A DNA stretch of 64,000 bases, from assembly GCA_951406725.2 (NCBI GenBank), contig OX597815.1:26598001-26662000 (forward strand), written 5' to 3'. Of the stretch, positions 27,975 to 40,498 are shown in pieces (positions within the stretch are counted from its first letter, which is position 1; each line of letters opens with the position of its first letter). Made by a program: the position numbers and the translations under genes. The stretch comes from Octopus vulgaris (Eukaryota). The notes beneath the pieces are model-generated. The model ran no database searches. It was not told the origin of the DNA and saw only the letters and a program-made list of their open reading frames with translations.

Positions 27975-30592
27975 ATTCGGTTTAGGGAATTTCATATTTA
28001 CGGAATGTTCCTATAATTTGTGTTATAGCTCACCAATTGTATAGTGACTTCTTCGAAGTTGTGGTTTACTTGATCTTTGATTCAAGAAATTTCATGCGTG
28101 TGTGTGTGTATGTGTGCGCACATGCGTTCGTGCGTGTGTGCATGTGTATGTGTACATCGTAATGTAACAGTTGTTAAAACTGTGCAAACATAGTGCAAAC
28201 ATTATCGGATATAGGGCCGATAGATACGTTTATTATATCAAAAATTGACGGCCTACTCAGAGCTTCAACTCAAGCTGAGTTATTCGCGACTGTTGGATAA
28301 GAAAAATTGTTTGAAGAGTGTGTTGATTTGGACGGATGTGTGTCAGTTGAGTGATAAGTATCTTTGAAAACTGTTATAAAGTTGCAGAGATTGTAATGCA
28401 AAGTTGTCATTAAGGTGTGTAAGTACAAATGGTTTTAGGACAATCCTTAGTTTCTGTTCATGTTTGCAATCGATGGATTTAATTGAAACTACAAGAGGAA
28501 GGTGTAAATTATTGGAGGTGACCTTTGTACTGACTTAATTACAATTGTTAGAGGGAAGCTAACTTTTATGAATAGCTTTGTGCTCTAGTTCAGAGGTGAA
28601 ATTTCTACAAAACTTTTATTGTGAATTGGAGGTATACAGCCAAATATTTGAAATATGTATATATGGAAATATATACATACAAAAAAATTGAGCAAATATC
28701 AGCATTTTCATCATATTCATCATATTCCTCATCATATTCATCATCATATTTATCACCATCATGATTTTGTTCATTTAGTACAAGGCTGCAAATTTGAAGG
28801 GAAGAGACGTAGTATAATCGACATTATTAAATGCCTGGTAGTTATTTTCTCGAATCTCGGATAGAGGAAAATCGAAGTTAGCACCTGTGGGATATTAAAG
28901 TAACAGTTTATGGCACACTGCCCATAAGAAAGTAAATAAAATATAATAAATAAGGAATAAGGAGAATACTATAAAAGAGAGGTAAGAGAAAATTGCAGTC
29001 TGTAACACTTCATGCGAGAGGGCAAACCAAGCGAACCAATTAATGAAGAGTATAGCAATCAAGCTTAAGCAATATTTACACGTAACCGATTTAATGGATG
29101 ATTTCTTTGAAATCAACGAGCAATAAATATCAGGTGTTAAGGATATCTTGAGAAATACCTTCAGTAAAGTGGATCATACAAGCATTGAAGTTAAGGATTG
29201 TCTCCCAAAGCTAGCAATTAATAATGAGCTACCAACAGCAATATTTTTTTTAATATATATCGCAATATAACCAGAGGGTGTAATTAAAGATTAACTACGT
29301 TACATAACGTCTTCTAACGTATTTAATTTTTCTATAACGAAAAACACAATAAAGAACCAAGTTCTACTGATAAAAAATTTGTTTAAGAATAGTAGTAAAG
29401 AACCCTTTGGAAATACTCTTTAATCGATGACACTTCTCGGAGGAACAGACTGGTCGTATTCAAAGTAAGAAAGATGTAAAGTAAATACGGACCCAACTAT
29501 GTAGATATATTAACAAGAAACAATAAAGCGGAAATTTAAGCAAACACTTTACAGAGAAGGATGTTTGTTGAATGAATCCAGGTTTTTTTTTCTTTTAATC
29601 GGCTGTTCTGTCTCTTAACAAAATTGATTCTAGAATCTTCTTAAACTTCAAAATGTGTACTGTAAGTGAAGATAATTATAATGGAGTTTCTATTATATTT
29701 TATTTACTTTCTTATTGGCAGTGTGCCATAATGAATCTCCAAATCCAAAAACTATTTTATATATAGTTTTTGTTTAAAGAATACAATACCTAAAATTTGA
29801 GATTATATGCACGTATTTACTATGAAAAAGCAAAGCTTTTACTAATAGATAACCTATAGTAACTAGGATTTAAGAGACGGTTTTCAATTTAATACTCAAC
29901 TTTAAAATAGAATTTATAAGATAGGTTGCTATATCTAAATGCTAATCAGATAAAACAATTATTAACTCTGCGATAGGCTGGCGTCCCGTCCAGCTGGGAT
30001 TAATAATTCGCTCATTGCATCATCGATATCGTTGAGATAATCATAGCCTGGCTAGACTTTAAAAGGGCGCATTTATTTTTATTTAAAACTAAGCGTAACC
30101 TTTGGTCTTTAGGATGCTAGAACTAGTAAGGTGTTCGTGTTAGCTATCATATGTAAAGAAAATTTTTCGACGACAAAATCTGAATTAACCAAAGTCAATA
30201 AATATGACTGTCTTTCGTAAATATGCTTCTAATCGGGAAAGAAATGAAGCAACATAAGAAATAGTAGCAATAACAACCCTGGTGACATTTAGAACTCGAA
30301 ATTGAATAAAAGAAGATACTTAACTACATGATGATGCATCTTTAATTTTCTCGATCTATGGAGCATAACAGACATAGTGAAAAACAGTATGTTAATAAAT
30401 TGTGGGGTTGAATTATTTTCCAACTACTAAATTCTCTTAATAATCCCCTTTATCTTTGTGGTTGTACTTTTTTTCATACTTTAGATATACATTAGTATTT
30501 ACAAATCCATATACATGTGTGTGTACGTGTGTGTGCGTGTCTACGTGTATATACGAATTTATGTTTTATTAATATGTCTTTCTTTATTTTAG

Positions 30593-30792
30593 GCTCCCAG
30601 TTGTACACAAGTCAACCGCCGTTGAGTGAAAGTCAACTTTATTCAGACGGTGGATTGGATGAAAGCATGGACAATATTGACCACGTTTTGATGACAGAAG
30701 CAAACACGCATAACAACCTCAGTTCGGGGCCTGTGATAAACCCAATAGACAAATTATACTCCATGCAAAATTCATATTTCAGTGCTGACTAG
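30593..30792 (+). CDS. Lmx1: Lmx1 terminal coding exon
   Basis: Strong pyrimidine tract + AG, phase 1. Ends VINPIDKLYSMQNSYFSAD-TAG; NPIDxLYSMQxSYF is the conserved C-terminal motif of LMX1A/B. Confidence 0.95.
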
Positions 30793-30833
30793 ACATTTAA
30801 AGACAGCAACAACAAAAAAACAATATTAATAAT

Positions 30834-30847
30834 AATAAAGAAATAAA
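30834..30847 (+). promoter_or_regulatory. Candidate proximal polyadenylation signals of Lmx1
   Basis: AATAAA at 30834-30839 and 30842-30847, about 40-55 nt after the stop. A-rich context, so they may be chance matches. Confidence 0.3.
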
Positions 30848-31187
30848 CAATCAACAAATGGCGACAAAACATTAACAACAACCAACCAAACAAAACAAAC
30901 TATATAAAACTTATCACATTTGTTACCGTGCTACAGACTCCAGCATCTCGACTAAACGATGTATGCTTGTGTATGTATGTATGTGTGTGTATATTTGCAC
31001 TCTTTTAATGCAGATGTTTGTGTATAGGCAGGAAATTATGAATATCATTCAATATCTATATGTGAGAGAGTGTGCGAATGTGGATAAGGTCGTCTTTATA
31101 TATGTAGGTGTATATATATATATATATATACATACTTACATACATATATATATATATGTATATACGTACATATATATACAAATATAT

Positions 31188-31304
<117 letters not shown>

Positions 31305-32041
31305 TATGTGTGTGTGTGTACACATATACATTCATATATACTTGTGTGTGTGTTTGTGTGCGTGCGAGAGAGAAGAAGAGAGGAAGAAAGAAGTGTTTGC
31401 ATGTGTACATAAAACTGATACTTCTGATATTCGCAAATTCCTACACACGTGGCCATATTTAACAAAAATGATTGTGAGCGTTGAAACATTTTAAATAACA
31501 ACAAGCAAGCAAATGAACGATAATGATGATGATCCTCACCATCATAATGATTATAATGATCATAATTATAAGCGAAACTTTGTTTTTTGTTTTCTTTTCT
31601 TCGAATAATCGATAAAAGTTACAAACACAATTTAACGGGGAATAAAGCACAGTAATGCAAATTTTCCACGGTTTTCTGAATAGCGAAAACAATTACAACA
31701 CAAAAATCCCACCAAGACATAAGATCTATCCCTGACCATTTTTCTCTTTCTTCATATTGCACATGTTCGTTTTATTTTAATTTTCATTACTTTATTTTTA
31801 TTTTTATTTATTTATGTATTTATTTTGCTTTTGTTAATCCATCTGATGCTGTGCGTTATATAGTGGGTTACGAATGATTAAGAAATATGTTTTACATCCG
31901 GTCCTACATATTGATGTTGTTGTTGTTTTATTCCCTAGGTCATATTTGGTCGAGTAGACCTATAATCAAAGACATCCTAGCCGCCCCAACCTCATCGCCC
32001 TTTTCTTCACATCAAAGATACATTACTCTTTTTTTATTTTT

Positions 32042-32473
32042 TAAGATGAATTGAGGGAACTTTGTTGATTGTTTCTAGAAGGTCAAATGACTGTGTAGAA
32101 GCTTTTTCTTTGGCTTGTGGCCCAACATGGTAGTTGTGATAATGGTGAGTCCCACAAACTTTCATGTTAGTTCATGAATCGCGGATTATCATGTAACGCA
32201 AGTCAGTCTGATGGAGCTTAATCCTTCTGAAAGCTATTCCTCATTGGAAAGAATTAATAAGATGAATTGAGGGAACTTTGTTGATTGTTTCTAGAAGGTC
32301 AAATGACTGTGTAGAAGCTTTTTCTTTGGCTTGTGGCCCAACATGGTAGTTGTGATAATGGTGAGTCCCACAAACTTTCATGTTAGTTCATGAATTGCGG
32401 ATTATTATGTAACGCAAGTCTGTCTGGTGGAGCTTAATCCTTCTGAAAGCTATTCCTCATTGGAAAGAATTAA
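32042..32473. repeat. Tandem duplication, 2 x 216 bp
   Basis: Units 32042-32257 and 32258-32473, with four substitutions seen. Confidence 0.95.
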
Positions 32474-33168
32474 ATCTAACACTGCAAGCTAACGAAACAC
32501 TTGTCGGTTTTACAGAACACCCACTGCGTACAGCTGTGGTCTTTTTTCTGTTGAGAGTTAGCTGCCTTTGCTAAGAGCAGATACAACTAGTGTCTTTGAA
32601 AGTAAACGAATTACGGCCATTATCGAGACGACCAGAAGTGACATTCTTTATAGATTTACAGGATTGTAAATTGAAAATTAAATTTAAAAAGTGATTAATG
32701 TTGCTAGGAAAACATAATTTATTTATAGTTTAAAATTGGCTTCCTGATATATTTTTCTTTTCGTTTTGATTTTTTTATCACCCGTTTTCTAATTTAAGAT
32801 TACGATTACGTTGCTCTTATTGTTGTTGTGTGGCCTGAGGTCAACCCTGATCGAGTAGGTTTATTGTACGTAGATATTCGGTCAAACAACTAGATGTGAT
32901 CTCCAGATAGTCTATACGTTCACCAAGTCAAGTACAAATAGGTGAATTTTGTGGGAACTTTGACTGCAAGAGGGAAGCCTCTAGTAGGTCGAGTAATCGC
33001 CTGGATTGTTCTTTTTCTTTGGTTCGTATAAAACTCCATTCACAGGTTGGAGTAGATACGAAAGAGCTACTGGAGAAAGAAAGGAACATAGAAGAAAAGG
33101 AATAATGAAAGAAGCAAAGAAATATATTTGAAATATATTTATACACACACACATATATATATACATGC

Positions 33169-33227
<59 letters not shown>

Positions 33228-33231
<4 letters not shown>

Positions 33232-33521
33232 AATTAAATATAAAATATAAATTACAAAGTGGGACAAGAACGCAAAAACACACAAAGAGACGACACAAAA
33301 AAACAGACGGGTCACTCGAAGCCTCTAATCTTCAGTCGGAACCGGATCATCTTAGCAATTTCGGCTGTTTAATCTCGAAATCCGAACTTGCTAAGATGAT
33401 CCGGTTCCGACTGAAGATTAGAGGCTTCGAGTGACCCGTCTGTTTTTTTTTTGTGTCGTCTCTTTGTGTGTTTTTGCGTTCTTGTCCCACTTTGTAATTT
33501 ATATTTTATATTTAATTTCTA
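33228..33521. repeat. Long inverted repeat (fold-back), arms about 135 bp
   Basis: 33228-33364 is the reverse complement of 33382-33521, apart from one mismatch and an A7/T10 run difference. Confidence 0.95.
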
Positions 33522-33558
33522 TACATATATTACTGCGGCGTAACTTACCCCTATCTCC

Positions 33559-33633
<75 letters not shown>

Positions 33634-35944
33634 CATATATATATATACATGCATATCGTGAGAACTGGAAGGTTCATACCTCACAGTAACTAGTGTTGTC
33701 TGTCGTCCTGGATTTCATCCGAACCTGATGATTCTCAGCTTGGCATGAAACTACTATGAGATATTGAATCTTCCAATTCCCATAATAGCTTTTTATTCTT
33801 ATTACAGAAGTCGTGCGAGTTATAGGCGCTTTCTTGTCATTCTCACCGCCCCAAAATATATAGTGAACCAGTACTTGGCCGGTCCCTTGAGAACTTGCAA
33901 CCAATGACCGAATAAAGCAATGCAAAAAAAAAATCATGTATCAAAACAATCAAGGACAATAACACATTAACCAACACACAAACCAAAAAATAAAAGTAAA
34001 ATTTAATGATGTTAACGAATATGTTGATCGATGACAGAAGCAGGAGAAGAATAGGGCAAGAGTTTGAGAATGATCTGCTGGCCTCAATGCCCCCTAGAGC
34101 TCATCACACATCCTTTATCAATTATAATGCTATCGACTCCGAAAAGTGTGGAAGATAAAGTTGAAACTGGCGGGATTTGAACTCAGGACAGAAAAAAAAT
34201 ATCGTTCCATTACCGGCAGTCATTTCGACAGGGCTTCTAATGTTTCTGTCATTTGACAACACAAAACGGAATAATAATAAAATTATAATTTGCCTCATTA
34301 TAGGACTACATAATCTGTTTGAAAATACGTACTGATTTCCTTTGGTTGAAGACAAAGCCAATGTTTTCATAGTTGAACAAATCTACTCTCACTAGCTTAT
34401 CATCGTATTTGTTTTATCAATTCCAGCAGGATCAGAAGTAAAACTGACCTTGATACTATATAAATCCATAAATGTGCAACAGCGAACTTGCGACATAAAA
34501 GTAAAGTAAATGTTGTTGTACATCCTTACACCAATCCTGAACAAGACCTATGATCAAGGACATTCAAGCTGTAACAACCTGTCTTTTTTCTTTCAGGCAC
34601 AATCTACCTACTACTATGTTTTTAAGATGATAGAATGGTAGCTGAAGAAGATTTGGCTGTTATATCTGACAGCTTGAGCGATCATATATAACATAGGTAA
34701 AAAATAAGAATCGGTTTTCTATATTAGGGAGACGGTCATTGTTTTTTAAAAAGAGTGCAGAGTGGGCAAAAGGCTCCACTACAGTACATTACTCAGATTT
34801 ATGATTTTATCTAATGATGAAAAATAAAAACGACTCTAACAGGAAATAAATTCTGAGACATACATCACTAATCTTCATTATCTATCATTAGTAATGATTA
34901 TATCAGGAATCAACTTAATACCAGTATTTACATCGTTATCATTATCATTATCATTATCATTACCATTACAATCATTAACAACATATCAATCTTATCTCTT
35001 TTAACATGGTCTAAGATATTAACTGGAACATACTAGGTTCTCTCATCAAAATATTGGAAGTTCCAAGAAAACTGATTTCTTTAAAGACACAATGGTTCAA
35101 TGAACTGGCAGAATCGTTAGAGCATCGGACAAAATTCCTTGTCCCGAATCTTTACATTTCTACAAAGGTTAACTTTGCCCTTCATCTTTCCGGGGCTGAT
35201 AAAATAAAGTACCAGTTAAATATTAGGATCGATATAATCGACTAACCCCTCTCCCACCAAAATTTATCATGGCCATGCTCCTACGTCAGAAAACAGTTAT
35301 TAAATACGCAAGTGAATGGGATAGTAACTTTCCAGCAAGCTAAGTTCTGTCCTTTTTCGATTTCCCTCCAGGAAAACCACTTCATTTAAAACTATTTTTG
35401 AAGAAACCATGAAATTAAGGAGCCATCTTCTCATATCTTCTTCACCAATAGTTCTCGGACATTATAAATACATACAAAAAGTCATATTAATTCTTTTTAC
35501 TACTATATTTGTTGTCTATCCCAGTATGAAAGAGATCATGTGACTAGGTTTTCTGAGTTATTTTTTTATATTTCATTTTCATCGCCATTAACAGTTCTTT
35601 CCTGCGTTTCTCTCTCACGTTATTCAAAACACGCAGACATATGTATTGTGTGTATGTGCTGGTATTTTTAGTTGCTTTTTTTTTTGTTTGATTTTTTTTT
35701 CTTCTTGCCAATGACACAACTCCGAACATACAAACCTGTGATGGAATAAAAAAAAGTCATCCACCATTGAGTGTATTTAAAACGTCGAATCTCCACCTGG
35801 CAAGCACACTTTCTAAACTAGCCAACTGCGTCTCTCAGAGGAACAAACACACACAGACATTCAGATACAAAGGCTCGCGCACATTTAAAGATATATCCAA
35901 GCGCCATGCACAAGCGCTCAGTGTTTAATACACAAACATCTTTA

Positions 35945-36330
35945 GGAGCACTCCGTCGGTTGCGACGATGAGGGTCCCAGCTGATACGATCAACGGAACA
36001 GCTTGCTCGTGATATTAACGTGCAAGTGGCTGAGCACTCCACAGACACGTGTACCCTTAACGTAGTTCTCGAGGAGATTCAGCGTGACACACACAGAGTG
36101 ACAAGGCTGGCCCTTTGAAATACAGGTACAAGAGAAACAGGAAGAAAGAGCGAGAGAAAGTTGTGGTGAAAAGTACAGCAGGGTTCACCACCACCACCCC
36201 ACCTGCCGGAGCCTCGTGGAGCTTTAGGTGTTTTCGCTCAATAAACACTCACAACGCCCGGTCTGGGAATCGAAACCGCGATCCTCCGACCGCGAGTCCG
36301 CTGCCCTAACCACTGGGCCATTGCGCCTCC
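35945..36330 (-). mobile_element. tRNA-derived SINE, family C
   Basis: Minus-strand head GGAGGCGCAATGGCCCAGTGGTTAGGGC...GGTTTCGATTCCC carries A and B boxes. TSD ACAAACAT at 35932-35939 and 36331-36338. Two further copies are in the window. Confidence 0.9.
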
Positions 36331-36356
36331 ACAAACATACACATATGTACACGCAC

Positions 36357-36393
<37 letters not shown>

Positions 36394-36841
36394 CAAGCAC
36401 ATAGGTAAATGAGTGCAATGCAATGAGTTTTCTTTTTTTGTTTTTGTTTGCTCTTTGAATTGGTTTGTTAAACTATTTATTTTCGTTTATATACAATTAT
36501 TATCATTATTATCATTATTTTCTTTTGACCTCTGTTCCTTAAGTAAAATATCCTTCCGAAATTCTGTGTACGATAACAATAATTGTAAGTCAAGCATACT
36601 ATCATTCATGTTTACTCTTATTTTCTAACATTTTACTCTGAATGATGTTCTTTTTTTTTTTAAGACTTTCACTGGAGAGGAAACTGTTGGTAAATAAATA
36701 AATGAATAAATAAATAAATGTAATTTGGGAAAGACAAGAAGAAAAAAAAACACAAGGAAAATCATTGAAATCTGAATCAAAAAATATATTTAGTTTTTAT
36801 TTTATTAATTCTTTTATTTGCTTATGTTTTTGAAGCAGGTT

Positions 36842-37004
<163 letters not shown>

Positions 37005-37200
37005 CCCACACAAAGGGCTTCCGCACATTTTCTGTCAACCAAATGCACTCCCATGGTTCGGAACTATGGAAGAAGACACTTGCCCAACTTGCTCAAAATG
37101 GCGTGCACTGACAATGAACCAGAAACTACGTGGTTCTGGTTCAATACGAAATTAACCGCACAACCTTTCCTGAGGTTCTCCCTCTCTCTTTCTCTCTCTT

Positions 37201-37233
<33 letters not shown>

Positions 37234-37284
37234 TTCTCTCTGTCTCTCTCTCTTTCTCTCGCTCGCTCGCTCGCTTTCTCTTTA

Positions 37285-37320
<36 letters not shown>

Positions 37321-37359
37321 TGTATGTATGTATGTATGTATGTATGTATGTGTGTGTGT

Positions 37360-37402
<43 letters not shown>

Positions 37403-37414
37403 TGTGTGTGTATC

Positions 37415-39790
37415 ATAGCTGCACCCTTGTTATACGAGAAAAGCCTGAAATGATTCATTACTGATGCCATGTGATGACCTTATATGACTTTTAAGCCCAG
37501 CCAAACTTTTACACATTTTATCACATACTGCACCAATGTACTGGCTGGCAAGAGAAACAGGTTCCACTATATGCACTCTCTTAGCGTGTCTTTTCAGACA
37601 GCTGGGAGGCACACACTTCTACATTTTAACACATGTTCTGTTGTGAATTTTAATAGCCACATCACCGTTTATCATGGGTCGATTCCTGTGAGAGTTTTGA
37701 TGGCTCACCAGGCCTGCACAGCTCAAACACTTCCTCTCACAAACCAAACACACAAAAAGCAACGCTCACTTTCCACAGGTTCCCTCCTTCTAAGCCCCCT
37801 CCTAATTCTGTCACACTTTACTCTCTCCCTCTCAAACCTTGAACAACCATCATGCACTATCTTCCTCCATCCATCGTGGTCTTGTGCCTCCCTCTCCCAA
37901 TCACCAGCTGCAATTCCTGTCTGTATTAGAGCATTTTCATGGTAATCCTTAAACCTTAGTTTAGGCTTATGCACTGGTCTCCTGCCATCTTCCAGCTCAC
38001 CATACAATAGCTGCTTGGGCAGTCGCTCATCACACATCCTTGCCAAATGCGCTCTCCCCACTTCAAAAGTCTTTGCAAAATCATTGACTCTATACTTCTA
38101 CTGCGACTCCTCTCAAGCACCTCCACATTACTAATGGCCATTTTCCAGTTTATCCTCAAACTCAGACAGTATTGATGGTATCGTTCCAATTGCCTTACCC
38201 GCCTACGGTAAACAACCCAAGTCACACTCCCATATAGCAAAGATGGGAGGACGCACGTGTTATATACCTTAACTTCAACTTGTGAAGATATGTTGTTTCC
38301 ACAGATGCCTATTAAGCCTACCAAAAGCACTACTAGCCCTGCTGATTCTGAATGAAATTTCATCATTAAGACCAGCAGTGCTCAAGGTACTTCTTAAATA
38401 AATAAATCTAGGTGCAGTCTCCAACCTTTGACCATTCACAGTTATAAACGGTTCCACATACATCTTGGGAGAAGCGGGCTGGTACATTATAACAGTTTTA
38501 TTTAGATTAATCGTTAGACCCAATGCTGCACATGCTTCAGAAATTGCATTCAGCATGTGCTGCATATCTTTCTGAGAATGTGCCAACAGGTCACAATCAT
38601 CTACATACAGGAACTCAACGTGGTGAGAACGCAGAACTTTCGTTTTGGCACAGAGTCTTTTGAGATTGAACAGTTTTCCCGTTGTCCTATATCTTATATA
38701 GACCCCATTCAGTGCAATCTTCAAAAGCTATTTGAAAGACTATTGCAAAATACATAGCAAACAATGTAGGAGCAGGAATATCACCTTGTTTTACACCATT
38801 TTCTACAGAAATTGGATCTGATAAGGTACCTCTGACATTAACTCTTACACCCATCTTGTCATGAAATTGTCTAAGCATTCTCACAAATTTTCAGGGCATT
38901 CTAGCTTTTTCAGGATCTCCCAAGGTGCAATTCTATTGATAGAATCAAACACTTTTATTAGGTCACTTCTCTTGCAATTGTCTAGCTGAAACTATCATAT
39001 CCATAGTACTCCTGCTATCCCTAAACCCACATTGCGATTCTTGTAGACCCTCATCAGCAATGTGCAGAAGCAATCTGTCTATCATTACCCTACAGAGGAC
39101 CTTTCCAGAGAGACACCCTTTCCACCTTTAGATTTATATAGTATCTCCATAGTTGCATCACGCCAACCCGGAGGAACCTCTTCACTATGCCAAACCCTCT
39201 GAATCACATTCGTCAACATTGTACAGAGATGGTCACCACCGTATTTATATATCTCTGCATCTATTCCATCAATACCAGGGGCCTTTCCATTGTTCAATCT
39301 CCTGATTGCTGCTTTTATTTCAGCCAAGTTTGGAACTTCTGCTATAAGATGTTTTATTGGTCTCTCGGGTATATTATCAAGAAAAGAGAGATCAACTTCA
39401 GTGGGTCTATTGAGCAACTCACCAAAATGTTCTTTCCATCTCCCAACAATATCTTAAAGATTTGTTAATAATTCTGTACCATTCTTGCTCCGTAGCGGCG
39501 CAACCTTTGATGAAACTGATCCATAAACATTTTTCAAGAGAGAATAAAAATAGTTTGGAATTGTTAGCATTTGAAGCTTCTTGGATTTCATCACATCTAT
39601 CACTCCACCAATTTTCCTGATCATCCTCAGCTTCCGCTGCACTATTGCTTTTACTGCCTTGAAATATGTAGTCACTGACCTGTTCGCTGACATGTCAACA
39701 TTTTGCAACATGTTAAATGCCTTTCGCTTCTCCTCTAAGATAAGACTAACTTCTTCATCATTATCGTCAAACCAATCTTGGTGCTTTTTA
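37415..39790 (-). mobile_element. RTE-clade LINE, 5'-truncated pseudogenised ORF2
   Basis: GKAPGIDGIDAEIYK, ENGVKQGDIPAPTLF, FLYVDDCDL, GLTINLNKT, RLPKQLLYGELEDGRR, and a C-terminal CDKMCKSLAGLKSHIRSSH zinc finger. Many frameshifts. Ends at a (CA)/(TACA) microsatellite. Confidence 0.93.
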
Positions 39791-40252
39791 ATTACAGTTT
39801 CTCATTCAAACTACATAATACGCAGAATTGTCGGATTAAGACAGTAGGGTGATTTGAGGAAGATTTGTCTGCTATTTCTACCAGGTCTAGCTACCATACA
39901 CACGCACAAGTACGCACGCACGCATACACACACACATACACGCACACAGACACACACACACACACACACGTCCACTTCATATATCTTCTTTCGATTTCTG
40001 TTCTCTGCAAATAAAATTTTTACGGATACAACTGATTATAAAAAGATGGATTAATGTATAATTTCTTTCTATGTTCATAATTAAATCAATGTTTTAATGA
40101 TTAGACAGAGGTCCACTACACTAGCTCTCAGAAACAGACTACGTACAAATTCGTTCTTCACAACTCCTGAAGCTGTTTTCTGACAGGGGGAATGAGGAAA
40201 TTTTCATATATATATATATAATCAAAATAAGCATCAAGGATATCCAGAGGTA

Positions 40253-40346
40253 ATGCAGTACTATCGTTTCATGCGACTCCATTTAATTGAACAATGCAAT
40301 CAGTTCATTACATCAATTTAATATGTAGAGCAATCTTCAGCTGCAC
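40253..40346 (-). ncRNA. Type I hammerhead ribozyme candidate, canonical core
   Basis: GUGCAG-CUGAAGA-[long stem II]-GAAAC-GAUA-GUA^CUGCAU. Stem I is UGCAG/CUGCA, stem III is AC/GU, and the cleavage triplet is GUA. Confidence 0.75.
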
Positions 40347-40455
40347 AAGACAGAATTTAATTAAACTAGGACACATTAGTATAATTTTACCTAAACTCTC
40401 CAAGAGGTTAAGGAGATAGACAAAGAACGTGTTTCACCAACAACATCATAGTTGT

Positions 40456-40496
<41 letters not shown>

Positions 40497-40498
<2 letters not shown>

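Noticed and set aside
28680-28765. His-rich ORF (HHIHHIPHHIHHH)
   Set aside because: Degenerate (CAT)n repeat with no exon signals.
36255-36330. tRNA-like sequence with A and B boxes (also near 44940-45010 and 46460-46520)
   Set aside because: It is the head of SINE family C, always attached to the same body and TSDs, with no proper acceptor stem.
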